From: the human T2T-CHM13v2.0 reference genome, Homo sapiens
Assembly (NCBI RefSeq): GCF_009914755.1
Contig: NC_060929.1
Length of the DNA: 64,000 nt
Strand: one strand, 5' to 3'
Positions 50,446 through 64,000 of the stretch are shown here, one piece after another. Under the pieces are notes generated by a model that made no database searches, had not been told where the DNA came from, and saw only the letters and a program-made list of their open reading frames with translations. Both the position numbers and the translations under genes were made by a program. How positions within the stretch are numbered: position 1 is the stretch's first letter; each line of letters starts with the position of its first letter.

Positions 50446-53400
50446 AGTTTAAAGACACAAAACCTAACAACTTAGAAAAGTTATAATAATATTATATGTG
50501 GTTAAAATAAGTCTACTCTTTTGACTAGAGATATAATCTATTAGATTATCAGTAATTGAATCTACTCTACACAGCCAACCATAATAAATTTATGAGATAA
50601 CCCATATCTGTAGCTGAGGTAGGTAGTTTAATATCTGATACAGGTATAAACTTTTTATACTGATAAATATACTTCTTGCCTTCTTATGCCAACCATAACA
50701 AAGATACTATAAGAAAACCTGAAATAAACAATTATTCTAATAGACTTATTTTGTTAGCATGTTTAACTTACAATCACAAATGATGCTAACCCTAGCAAAT
50801 TAATCTTTTTAAGGCTAAAAAAATTATAAGATTAAATATAAAGAAAAAAGCAATTTAAACAAATGTTAGAACAACATAACACAAACCTAACAGCAATTTA
50901 TATTAATATATATTTATCATTTTGTTTGCAATGTAAGATTGCAAGTATCTTACTTTACACTACAGAATTAAAATCCCAATGTGTCATATCTTCCTTATCT
51001 CTTGAATATAACAGGGATACCTACTAAAATCAAGTAAACTGTTTAAAAAGACCTAAATCACATCACTTAAAATTCTAAGGTTAAAGTACAATATTCTTTT
51101 AAATTATATTTTATTCAAATTATTTTAACAAGAACTTGATATTCTCATTTAAAAGATAAAGCAGATTTTACAATAGTGCACTATAACTTTCTAGTTAGTA
51201 GAATGACATACAACTGTACAACCCTATTTATAATGACAATTTTGAAAACCATTAGTCACTGAAAATTTAAAATATATTCTAAGAATCAGATTTGAGGGTG
51301 GAAACATCTAACAAAAAATGTAATTTTAACCTGGAAGATAAATTTTGGGAAAACTATGTTTATATGGTTGATCACTTTTTTTTTCTAATTTTAATGCTAC
51401 TGTAGTTTCCAAAAGTTTATACAAATTTATTGACATGTTAAACTGAAAACACGAATAAACTCAGGACAAAAATGTCACATAACTGAAACCTTCATACATT
51501 TTTGAGCAATGGCATTTATGAAAGAATGGCTGAAAATGAACTAGCTCCTTTGAAAAGAGATAGGAAAACACAAGAGAGGGAATTTAAAGTATAATATAGC
51601 ACATAAAATTGAGTTATCTTTTCTGTACAGTCCTTTGATTATTTTTTAAAAGTAGCATTAAAATATTTTCTAATTGATATGCAAAAACCAAAACCACATA
51701 AGTAGTATGGATTTTCAGCTTCTCACATCTGCTATTGCTTGTTTTTTTTTTTTAACCAACCATCACCTTTTTGTAAAAAGAAATTTCAAATTCATAATGG
51801 TCAGGAAGGTGAATGAATTTTACCTCCCTGGTGCTAAAGCCGATCTTGAAAATAATATTTTTATTTTAAGATAATAATAACTATCACTTGCAGAACGAAA
51901 CTTGTTGAGCTGGGTGCTTTTTATAAGTTCATGTGTGCACTCCTTCCTAAATATTTCAGTTTTTTTTCAGTTGAAGCAAAAGGCTCAAGTAGCTCAAGAC
52001 ACACAACTAGTAAGACAGTTTCAGTGGCCTGGCATGAGCCCTGCTCATGCTCTTTGCATATTGTGTGTCCAGAAGATAAAACCTCTTCGTGAAAATCTTG
52101 TCTACTATTTTTAATCGATGTTTATAATAAAGATATTCAAAACCAAGAAATCTAGTGTAATTTAGCACATGTTGAATAGATGCTATGAAACCCTGGTTGG
52201 GTATGACAAAATTGGAAAAGAGCTTTTGAATACCCTTAGGATGGAGTGAGAAGCTCTGGTCAGGCCAAACAATGAATACATCTATACCATTTTAATAATA
52301 AAATATAATTCTTTGGCCATGTTGAATTCATTACAGGATGCATTAGATGAAACTGAATTGATGCTGATAGCTGAGACGATTATTTTGTAAATCAGTTAGA
52401 TATTACTGTCTAAATATTGGTTAAAAGAGTACTGTTGGATTTATTTTTATACAGATATGTTTGAAAACGAACACACAAAATCTACCAATGATAATTTTAA
52501 ATCACCAATTAAAAACAAGAATGTCATCAGGTTTTCTCAATTTTAAAATATTTCTCATTTTAAAAAATATAATTAAAATAATAAAAATCAAGTGACGAGA
52601 TATTCAGAAGTCCTCTTCAAATATATCCTGCGTATAATACAGTTACAATATCCTGAGTTCTGTGATTAGTCTGAAACCAAGTAATTCTATATCTAAGAGT
52701 CTAGCAAGATATCTCCTTTCAATTCATTACCACTTTTTTTCTACTGCAGAAACAGATTAATCTGGGAACTTACTGGTCAACACTTTCCCTCCACTTTTGC
52801 AATTAAAATTTTTTTTCAATCATTTTCTCTTGAAGATGTCATACAGAGTGCTAACACTTTCATAAGCAAAATCAACACCTTTAGAGCACTGAAAATTTGA
52901 TATGAGTTGAATATATAGGCTGCTACAAGTAGTCCTTTTCTACGTTTAGTTTTAGGAGTAGTATTTTTGCAAAGGACCAAATAAATCATTCTATTAAAAT
53001 GAAGGCAAAGCATTTAAATTAAATATTATTTACCACATATAAGTGAAACATCAAAGATCCAAATAATGGGTTCTATTGATAATAGATCAAATTTGGATGA
53101 TAGTTTTTAAATGTAAAACTCTTGCTTAAGTGAATTAAAAGGATGAAATTCTTTTATTATAGATATAGTGCTATCTTTAAATTTGTTGGTCCATTAATTA
53201 AAAGTGAATAAGAGCATGATGATCTGATGTTTTGTTTAGCTTAATGCAAGTAACTGCCCACGCTGGAATTTAACTCCAAGGCAAAATTTTCTAATAGACA
53301 GTACTGAAATTTGGCCAAGAAAGAATCTTGTACAAAGAAGCCAACTCTTAATTGTACCTGATAATGAAAGGCATAATCCCAAATGACTACTTTAACTCAT

Positions 53401-53446
53401 ATCATGGCTATTTGCCCATGGGGATGTCTTCATTTTCTTTTTTTCT

Positions 53447-54200
53447 CTTTTTATTGATAGATAATAATTGTATATATTTATGGGGTACAGGCGACATTTT
53501 GATACATACATACAATGTGTAATGATTAAGTCATGGTAATTGAGATATTCGTCACCCTAAACATTTACCATTTCTTTGTGTTAGGAATATTCCAAATCTT
53601 CTCTTCTGGCTATTTTGAAATGCACAATAAATTGCTGTTAACTATAGTTGTCCTACTATGCTATCAAACAATACCACGTATTCCTTCTATTTTAACGTAT
53701 CTTCGTACCTATTAACCAACCTCTCTTCATCTCTCCCTACCCCCTTCCCAGTCTCTGGTGACCACCATTCTACTCTACCTCTATGAGATCAAATTTTTTT
53801 AGCTTCCACATATGAGTAAGATCATGTGATATTTGTCTTTCTGTGCCTGGTTTATTTCACTTAACATAAAGTCCTCTAGTTCCTAGTTCCAACCATGTTT
53901 CTGCAAATAATAGGATTTCATTCTTTTTTATGGCTGAATAATATTCCATTGTGAATATGCACCATGCCTTCATCCATTCATCTGTTGATGGACACAGGTT
54001 AATTCCATATCTTGGTTATTGTGAATAGTGCTGCAATAGTAATAGAAGTGCAGCTATCTCTTCGATAAACACTGATTTCCTTTCTCTTGGATATATACCC
54101 AGCTGTGGGACTGCTGGATCATATGGTAGTTCTACGTTTAGTTTTTTTTGGGAACCTCCATACTATTTTCCATAGTTGCTGTGCTAATTTACATTCCCCA
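53447..54200 (-). mobile_element. L1MA-type 3' portion
   Basis: TATATTTATGGGGTACA..ATACAATGTGTAATGAT..TTTTTTATGGCTGAATAATATTCCATTG..GCTGGATCATATGGTAGTTCTA..TTTACATTCCC. Confidence 0.92.
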
Positions 54201-54869
54201 AGAAGGTGTTTTCATCAGAACATCTAAATAAGGGTGTATTTGCAGCTTGTAATATTTCTACATAAATAAAAAAAATATTGTGACTTCCTGAATTAAGACA
54301 AATATAAAATTGGTTAATTTCTCCACCAGGTTTACTGATTGGAACTGTTCCTGGACTTCTACATGAAAAGGACCACCACTGCTGGGCTCTAGAAGAAAGC
54401 TGTGAAGTTCTTTTCTTCTCTTCCCCTAACCCCTTTTCATTTCTCTCAAAGGAGGAGGAGTGCAGATCTGAAACTGGATTCTGGGATAGTAACTGAGCAA
54501 CATATTCTAGGGATGAAACTTTAGAAAGAGGTAAGAGCTTTTCTTTATCTACTGTGGTTGTTGCTTTCTTCTGGCATCCTCCTATGACAGGAAACTAGTA
54601 AGGTAAATTCAAGATCCCTAACATTCCTTTTTCTTTCAGCTGGGGCATACAGAACTGGGGCTATCGCCCTAGGGAGACAAGGTCTGGGATAGTAGGGATG
54701 GGTATGGCTTTTTATTTCAACAGGGTTACTAATTATAAGATTGATGTTTGGGAGCAGAAACTCATTTGGTCCTTAAGGCAAAAGGACCATGTGTTTTTAA
54801 AATTAGAGTTCTGCATTAGCTTTGGGGTAAAAGATGTTTATCATCATTTATTCATTTATCATTTGATTA

Positions 54870-55140
54870 TTAAGTGAATAATGATTAGAGCAAACTCTGG
54901 AGTTGGTCTCTGTCAATTTGAATTCTGGCTCCATGACTTAAAAACCGCATTATTTTGGGCAGGTTATGTAATTTATCTATACCTTAGTTTTCTTATCTGT
55001 AAAATGGAAATAATAACAATAACAACTAATAATAAATCCCTAGCAGAAGAGCTGTGATACTTGATTAAGTTGATAAATGTGAAATCCTTAAAACAGGGCT
55101 GGCATATAGCAAGTGCTCAATAAATATTAGTTACTATTAT
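54870..55140 (+). mobile_element. MIR SINE, near full length
   Basis: AACTCTGGAG..TTTGAATTCTGGCTCC..TTGGGCAGGTTA..ATCTGTAAAATGG..GGCATATAGCAAGTGCTCAATAAAT. Confidence 0.85.
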
Positions 55141-56528
55141 GAATAATTATTTAATATAAGAAATAATGTTAGTCTTATTTGGCAAACTGATAAGCAACAG
55201 AAGATGCAAACAGAAACATGAAAGACAAGGTCCCTGTCCCCAGGGAACCTATCTCATGGTGTCTTGTGTATGTATCTTCTCAGAGACTGACATCTTCTCC
55301 GAGACTGGTAGGATTTGTCTCAGTCTCAGACTTCCGGAGGCGAATTACCATCTTAATAACCATCCAATTTTATCCTTATAACAAACATCGACTCTCAGAA
55401 TGATGCCAGGACCAAGTCTGAGGCCCACTAGCTGAAATCTTTTGTTTTTATTTGAAAAGGGCTACAGACATAAACGCAGAGGCTCTGAGCTAACACTGAT
55501 GTGTGGCATCATCAAAAAGGAAACAGAAAACTGTAGGGGTAATGTCAAAATGACCTACTTAGATTATTGTTACTGTACCTCCAGAAAGATAAAGGATATG
55601 GGCAGTCTTAAAGATGGACAACCAAAGGGACTGAAGGGATGGAAATTTTCAGTGGTTACAGGGGCAGAGAACTAGCTCGCTTAGATGTTGAGAAGTTTGG
55701 AGGAAACTGAGGAGATACTGAATGCAGCAGCACCCTCATGAGAAGAAACCCACAAGAGAGCTGCTTTAGTTCCCTAGACCTCTTCGGTTTCACACCTAGG
55801 TTATTTGCCTTTAAATATATCCTCTTTTGGGGGGTGGGGTTGAGGTGGGAAGAGATGGCCTGAGTGAGTCCCTGTTTCTTAGTCCCTATAGTTAAGAGCT
55901 CATACCATGCCCATGCATAGGATTTCTCTACTGCTTTCACTCCATTCCCTTTCTCAGTTGAGACTGTTTCCCTTCTACTATATTTAGAGCCTATATTGGT
56001 TTTGGAGTGTCAGGAAGAAAGATTGTATTGGCCTTGCAAGTTACTGTGTTCTTGCCCAGGCAGGCTACAACAGAGAGAGAAGGTGGCCACGACAGTTTGC
56101 AGATTAGCTATATTCATCCCTCCTATTCCCCAGAAATAACCTGCCCTTTCAGATCTAAGTTTCCCTTGCTATTTTATCTCTATCTTTGGTATTTAAATAC
56201 TGCTTATGCTGGGAGAAGAACAATCCTGCATGGTTTAATCTGCTCTTTTATAATATCCTTTCATTAGCTTGGAAAATGAGGAGTCAACATAATTTATTTT
56301 CAGGAGTACCCTACATAAAACCCACTTAAAAATATGTAAGCATATCATTGCATTGCTTAAGGTAGAGAGATTTAATCATAGTATTTAATAAAATAAAAAC
56401 TAATTGCTTAAATCAGAGTATCAGAATTTCTTTCAAATGAAGTGAGGGGACCAACGGATTATGACTTTTCCCTGTTCACATCTAAAATATTGAGATAAAA
56501 ATTATACATGCACACACATATCATATTA

Positions 56529-56530
<2 letters not shown>

Positions 56531-56563
<33 letters not shown>
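56531..56563. repeat. (TG)16 microsatellite
   Basis: Pure TG run. Confidence 0.97.
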
Positions 56564-56568
<5 letters not shown>

Positions 56569-57074
56569 GACTTCTAAATCTATACAATTGGGGCAGGTAG
56601 GTGATCATTTAATGTTGTAATTTTCTTTATGATAAATAAGAATCAGGTAAGAACTGCCTCTCTTTACAGAGTTTAATGATCAATAGATTGAGTCAAATTA
56701 GGATGGAACTAACTTTCTATTATGGAAAGAAAACATATCACTAATCAAATACCCTGATTTAACATGAAAAGTATAGTATTAAACACAGAACAAAGGTAAA
56801 TTTTCTAATTTGGTGTAGCAGAAGAAAAAAATACATTGTCTCCTTGAAACTGGAACTACAATCAGAAAAATGTTGGCCTTGAAAAAGTCATATAAAAAAG
56901 GCTATAAGTCTCCCAATTTCTGTCATTATTTATTTAATGTGAAAAACACTGCCATTACTAAGCAGATTTTCCCCTTTGTCCTTCTACATGATGAAAAAGG
57001 CAACTGATGCCACTTGTGTCACTGAAACAGGAAGAATTATTTAAGTAAGTTCTATGTGTGCTTTGGGGTACACA

Positions 57075-57240
57075 TTTTAAAAATTTTTTTATCAAGGAAA
57101 ATTTTAAACATAAATAAAAGTAGACAAATAGTATAATAACTTTCATGTATCCAACACCTAGCTGCAACAATTAACCCATAAACAAAAGCATTTTTTATAT
57201 ATCCCTACCTACTTCCCTTATTCTGTGGATACACTGACTG
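57075..57240 (-). mobile_element. Old L1M 3' fragment
   Basis: TTTTATCAAGGAAAATTTTAAACATAAATAAAAGTAGACAAATAGTATAAT..CATGTATCCAACACCTAGCT. Confidence 0.65.
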
Positions 57241-57241
57241 A

Positions 57242-57638
<397 letters not shown>

Positions 57639-58923
57639 TGTTTTTCTTTTCTAAGTCCTATCACTTGTACTTTTCTTATTCCTCAATTTTTTTCTCTCAT
57701 GTCTTAATGCTTTTATAAGCCTGCAAGGGGTAAAAAGAAAGACTCTCATACTGTTATGGTAAGATGATGAGTGATTATTCTTTATCCACGTGTATTTCTG
57801 ATATATAATTTGTGAGTCTATTAAACAAATAATTAGGTAAAAAATTAGAGATACAGGGATTTATTAAACCACCACGTGCAAATATGTTCTAAGCAAAGCT
57901 ACTAAATACATATGATTTTCTGACATTTCTAATAAATTAGGAAAGTTGAATGTCAGTGAAGCTTCCATTTTTACATTCAGCTGACTAAGCAATAAATAGT
58001 CTAGGCAGTTGCTTTTTCACATATCTAAAAGCCAAGACCTGCACAAATAGGAATATTTCTTATATTTTTCTCAAAACATTTAATCTAATATACATTTTCC
58101 TACTGTTTTCCATTTTTACATCTGATGTCTACTTTAAACATGTTTTATGTTTAAAAGGAAGGTACACATTTTATCATTTTTCAGGAATTTTCCTGTCAAA
58201 TCACACTCCTTGGTATCATGGTGCTAGCCCCAGTAATTAAGTCATGGCAATACCAAAACAAAATATGTAGCAAACCAAAATTTATATCTGATAATGCCAC
58301 AGCTAACCAATTTTTGAATAGAGCCTATGTTACCAGATCAAGCTCATTTCAGACTAATATCCTTTTTTTAAGAATATACATTCCCCTCATAGTGTCCCTC
58401 TCAGGGCTGTGGTATAGAAGTTAAAAAGTTAGAATTAGCTGATAAGAGATTTTCAAAATAATGTTAAAATCATACTAAAATTATAATTATTATTAATTCT
58501 ACATGTTTTAAAATAAAAATTTAAGGTGAAAATTGTTTCATTAATTAAGAAGGCTTGGAAAAGGCATAATACATATTGATTCATAAAGCCAGATTATTTC
58601 CTCTACCATTCTAGGAAGTTTCTAATTTATTTCCATTAAAGCCTAGTGACATGATATCGCAAATATTGATTTTAAAAATAAAATCCTCTGTTTTAATGCC
58701 AAATAATTCCAAATATTAACAAAATTAAATGAATAATGTTTTTTTTTCTTCTTACCATTGATAACATGTTTTCTTGCTAATACACTGCTTTAAATCAGAA
58801 TAATTTGTGGTAGGGCAAAATCTTTTTAGTGTGTTGTGTGTGTGTGTGTATATATGCACACATGTATCAGTCTCCCTCTTCTTTGAGGCCACAGGTAATT
58901 AATTAAAAATTAGTTTATCTTCA

Positions 58924-59324
<401 letters not shown>

Positions 59325-59329
59325 CTATA

Positions 59330-59590
59330 ATGTCACATATGTTTAAAAAATGTTTTCTAAGTATAAGATAAGTTAATATTAATCAACGTGGTTAAAAGTA
59401 ATGATACTGGTTACCCTCGGGGTAGGGTAATGACTGGAAAGGGTCATGGGGGCATCGTGGCAATAATAGAAATGTTTCTTGATCTGAATTCTGGTTACAG
59501 AGTGTATTCAGTTTGTGAAGATTCACTGAACTGCGTACTTATGATAGGTGTGCAATTTTCTCTATATTTACATCAATAAAAAGATTTTTA
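59330..59590 (+). mobile_element. L1ME-type 3' end
   Basis: TGGTTACCCTCGGGG..TGACTGGAAAGGG..TTCTTGATCTG..GTATTCAGTTTGTGAA..CAATAAAAAG. Confidence 0.75.
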
Positions 59591-60754
59591 AAGCAGAAAA
59601 AGAACTAAAAAGGTATTAGAGCATTTTAACACTGTATCTCCTACACCATTCTGCTATTTCTTAATTTTTACATATTAGAAAAATATTTTCACATTTATAA
59701 ATACATATAAAATACAGAAATGATTCAATGTTTTACAAGTCAACTATTTCCTATTTAACCTGATTTATTTAAAACACATGCTGTTTGAAAAATTTGGAAT
59801 AATCTTGCATATGACTTAGCTCCCATTAAGAGAGGCAAGCATGGCTAAATGAACTCTTTCCTACAGGATATTTAAACTCTATCAGGTGAACCAAAAGAAC
59901 CAAAAAGCCAGGATACAGTCTTCATTAATTCTAGTAGGACTTATTTGAGAGAGGACAAACTTTCCCTTACTTTTAAGAAAAAAAAATGTTTTATAAGAGT
60001 TTGTGTGTGTGTGTATGTGTATCAATATAACCAAAGCCAAATCAACTCAAATTTCTGAAGGCTTTTATAAATTATTCAGTATATTTAAAATACTTATTTT
60101 GGAAAATTACATGAGATTTATGCTTAGAAATTCAAGTAATCTGGCCTCATTTAATGATGTTATGAAATAAAAATAAATAACATTAAATAAATTAAATAAG
60201 TAGTATTAAATCAATAAGCATTTAAATTAGTTCTGTGAAACCTAATAAAAAGCACAAAGCTGTTATTCTAAAAGAAGGTGAAAGTTGAGGACAGTAAATT
60301 TGAAAAATGGAAAAATACAGTCATGGAAAAATGAGACAATGAAGCAGCCCAAAAAATCAGAATCTGTAGTTGATGAAACACAGTGCAGTAGCTGAGTCTA
60401 TAAAAGACAATACACCTCAACAGATCTATTCTTTTTCTTTTCTTAAAGCTACAGCTATATGTTCAGGCAGAAGCAACCACTTAATTTTATGGTTGGTTAT
60501 GACCAAAAACTCAACAACTTGGACCATGTCTAAATGCTCAAAAAACATGACAAATGTCAAATTTCCTAATACACGCCATGCCTGATTTTTTTCCCTTTGT
60601 TTCATACAATATCACTCTGCCTTGCTGAGTTCTCCTGTCCAAATCCTCCCTTCCTTTCTCTACCAGCCTAAAATTTCATTTTTTCTTAAATGTTCCCTGA
60701 TAACATTCCTGCTCTTAAATTATCTTTGTCTTTCTCTGAATTCCTATGACACTA

Positions 60755-61057
60755 TTTTTTGTTTGTTTGTTTGTTGGAGACCGAGTCTCCCTGTGTGACC
60801 CAGGCTGGAGTACAGTGGCAAGATCTCAACTCACTGCAGCCTCTGCCTCCTGGGTTCAAGTGAGTCTCATGTCTCAGCCTCCTGAGTAGCTGGGACCACA
60901 GGTGTGCGCCACCATGTCTGGCTAATTTTTGTATTTTTAGTAGAGACAAGGTTTTGCCACGTTGGCCAGGCTAGTCTAGAACTCCTGATCTCAGGTGATC
61001 CGCCCACTTGGGCTCCCAAAGTGTTGGGAATACAGGCATGAGCCACAACGCCTGACC
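60755..61057 (-). mobile_element. AluSx/Sz-like with (TTTG)n tail
   Basis: GAACTCCTGATCTCAGGTGATCCGCCCAC; GGGTTCAAGTGA. Confidence 0.93.
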
Positions 61058-61064
61058 TAACAGT

Positions 61065-61285
61065 AATAATTTAACTTTTATATAAGAAATGTTTTACAAG
61101 TAAAACTCTCAAAGAATAAAATATATCTACTATATTTTATCATTAATTCTTTACCACAGTCCAATTTACAGTGAAGAAACTGAGATCCAGAGAGATTAAA
61201 AAATGTGCCTGTCTTCACACAGATATTAAGACACAAGGTTGGGTTTTGAACTTAGGCCTGCTTGCCTCCAAAGCATTGAAGCTTA
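61065..61285 (-). mobile_element. MIR SINE
   Basis: TTTACAGTGAAGAAACTGAGATCCAGAGAGATTAA..CACACAG..TTTGAACTTAGGCCTG. Confidence 0.8.
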
Positions 61286-61567
61286 TACCTTTAAGCAGAT
61301 AGTAATTTTGGAAGACAGAATTTGATTTCATCATGGTACCTCTCCTGGAAAAATGGGTTGAATTTTTAACATCACTACTCTTCGCATGTTGCCTGTGACA
61401 GATGCAGATGTAAAATATTAGAGGGAAGATGAGGAATATGCACATGTTCTTATAACCAGTTAATATCAGGGCTGAGACTGGAAACTGTCTCCTGGTCCCT
61501 TTGCACCATGCCCCACTGAAAACTTACAGCATGGAGTATTCCGGGATGAGAGATTTTATCTAAGTAG

Positions 61568-61750
61568 GCAGTACATCGTAGCGGAAAGTTTAGGGTCAGT
61601 GACATCTGGTTTTAAATCCTGTTTCTACTGTTTACATTGTATCCTTAGGCAACATAGGCAAATACTCTAGGTATATTTCTTTATCAGTATAATACTAATA
61701 ATACAGATATTGAAGGTTGATAACTGTGAAGACTAACAAAATACTTAGAG
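61568..61750 (+). mobile_element. MIR fragment
   Basis: GGCAGTACATCGTAGCGGAAAG..CTGGTTTTAAATCCTGTTTCTAC..CCTTAGGCAA. Confidence 0.6.
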
Positions 61751-62429
61751 CTGGTCTCTCTGCTCCATCCTAACTTATATGTAAAATTGAAATGCTGAAC
61801 TCTAATATTCTAGTGACATGTCATCATTTGCAGGGGTTTGTCATACAGCAAAGTCCACAATTCAGATGTATGTTCTCTACAGTGGCTCTTCTCCACATGG
61901 GTGTCCAAGACCCCTCCAGGCATCTTAATGAGGGAACAGTGCTTCTCGCTATTCATTACCCAAGAGAATTAGGGAGATGGCATCTTGAAAACAATTTCAA
62001 GAATTCATTATCATATCAAATACTGCAGGTTTCATTACAAGAGGGCAAGCAGTTACAAAGGAGATGGTTTCCTTTTTCTTTCTCTGTCTGATGTTCTTGT
62101 CTGTCTTCCAAGATGTCAGATGAACAGTCTGCTTTATTTATAAACGCGACTGAGGCTGAGAACAAAAGGATGTGATTATAAAAAGAAAGGAAAAGCCTCA
62201 GAAGGATGAGGTAGGAGGTGAACTTAAGGTCTGTTAACTAGATGGATAAATCAACACCCTGAGTCACTAAGACAATAAACAAAATAAAATTCATGTTCAG
62301 TGACTGATTGCATATTTGCCACAAAGAAGGAAACTAAAGTCCACACTGACAGCCATTTTCTCACGTTTCAATAAATTTAGAATGAATCCTGAAGTGGAGT
62401 TTTAACACTACAGAAGGTTATTCTAGAGC

Positions 62430-62747
62430 TACACTGTCCAAAGACACACATGGCTACTGAGCACGGGAAACATAGATAGTCCAAATTGAGATGTGCTGTA
62501 AATGTAAAATACACACCCGATTTCAAAGACTTACTATAAGTAAAGAATGTAAAACATTTCATTAGTATTTTTTAATTGATTACATGCTGGAATAATAATA
62601 CTTTGATTATACTGTATTACATAAAGTATATTATTAAAATAAATTTCACCAGTTTCTTTTCACTGTTTTCAATGTGGCTACTAGAACATTTTAAATTATC
62701 TATGCAGCTCACATTTGTGGCTTCCATTAAATTTCCATTGGACAGTG
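62430..62747. mobile_element. MER33 (MER3/33 family) MITE
   Basis: TIRs CACTGTCCAA / TTGGACAGTG; internal TCCAAATTGAGATGTGCTGTAA.TGTAAAATACACAC..ATGTGGCTACTAGAA. Confidence 0.88.
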
Positions 62748-63149
62748 TTTGCTAACAATAAGAATGAAAGACATTTTAGGCAAGTGACAATACATAGCAA
62801 TTACTTTCTTCAACTCAAACGTAAAGGGTTAAACTTCATTAAGAATTCCTTTTGCAAACTGTTTCTTGAGTCACAGATGTTCATGTGATATTAAACAGTA
62901 GGTATTTAGTATGTTACAGTGCTACCTGAAATATTTTGGCCATTAAGTTTATAATCTACAGAGATAAGATTTAAATTAATTCTAAATATATATATTCTGA
63001 ATATAATTTCTAATATATAAGTATAAATTCTAAATATATACAATGACACTGATAAGGTGTCACCAGAATACCAGATTTCAACATATATGTATATAAAATT
63101 TTTGAGGTCAGAAAGTCAAAAGCAAAAACCCGAGAAACCTGAAATTTCT

Positions 63150-63745
63150 CATCCTCAAGTACTCTAACATCTTCCTTATTGTTGATTTCTTCATGAAGCT
63201 CTTCCCAGTGCCATCCATCCTCCATTGCTAAAGTTCTGTCATTGCAAGATAAATCTGACTTGACACTTGCCTCTTCAAACATCTCCAACAACTCCTAACA
63301 TTTATAGCATAGAGTCTAAACTCAGAGTTAAAGCTTGACAACACCTTACTCCAAACCCCCTTTCCACTCTCATCTCAGGTAATTCTCCACCATACAGTCT
63401 AAATACTGAAGGCGAATACCATGCCCTTCCCAATCAGTCCAAGCTTGAGCAGTGCTCCTGCCCATTTCCCTCCAGGTCTGCTGGCGATCTCTCCTTGCCA
63501 TCAGTGCCAGCTCCAGGTGACTTGGGAGGACCTTGTCTATACTTTCCAGGTATCTGGTAGATGAATATCATCATATATTCCACCTGTCATATTATGTTAT
63601 ATAGGTCTATTGCACCCCAGGTTAGTTTGCGACAGAGTGAGTAGGATGAAAATAAGAATAATGATATTTTATCTTTGTGTCTGCAGTATCTAGCACAGGG
63701 ATAGGCATATACTAGGTCTTCGACAAATACCTGTTGACTGAGAGC
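63150..63745 (+). mobile_element. L2 3' portion
   Basis: AAATCTGACTTG..; ATAGAGTCTAAACTC; TATCTAGCACAGGGATAGGCATATA..AAATACCTGTTGACTGA. Confidence 0.65.
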
Positions 63746-63894
63746 ATTATGCCTTTTACCCTCCATATCTTAGGCACTAGCCATGCAAGACTCTTATGTT
63801 TCTGAAATATCTAAAATTGGACCTATATCACTGCCGTTCTACAAAGTGTGGGATGCTTTTTTGAAATTTACTTTTTTTTTTTTACTTTTGTCAG

Positions 63895-63896
<2 letters not shown>

Positions 63897-63927
<31 letters not shown>

Positions 63928-63938
63928 ACACACACACA
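63897..63938. repeat. Interrupted (AC)n microsatellite
   Basis: AC run with a single-base interruption. Confidence 0.95.
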
Positions 63939-64000
63939 TACAAATTTTTAAAGTCAAATACTACAACTAGCAGTCTCATGCTGTATGCCTCCACATTCCC

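Noticed and set aside
63010-63291. Acidic-looking 93-aa minus-strand ORF
   Set aside because: It is largely the antisense reading of a CT-rich L2 remnant

Overview
AT-rich primate (most likely human) non-coding genomic DNA, probably a large intron or intergenic stretch. I recognise no protein-coding exon, RNA gene, CpG island or processed pseudogene. The ORF track consists of chance ORFs and translations of repeats. The window is a mosaic of interspersed repeats, identified by resemblance to remembered consensus sequences, so subfamily calls and boundaries of old elements are approximate. There are ten Alus (J, S and Y classes, several with clear TSDs), a 5'-truncated L1PA with a 15-bp TSD, older L1M fragments, an LTR8A-like solo LTR nested in a MER5, DNA-transposon MITEs (MER5, MER58A, MER30, MER33, a Tigger) and many MIR/L2 fragments. 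Very old elements are also present: an L4/RTE remnant, two L3/CR1 remnants and a probable Eulor-type half-hairpin. Several unique, motif-dense islands between repeats look like enhancers (about 11.5, 15.2-15.5, 19.9, 22.4, 23.4 and 43.8-44.0 kb). I found no evidence for a new biological system. The best leads are candidate regulatory elements, a few cryptic exon candidates and an inverted-Alu cluster.
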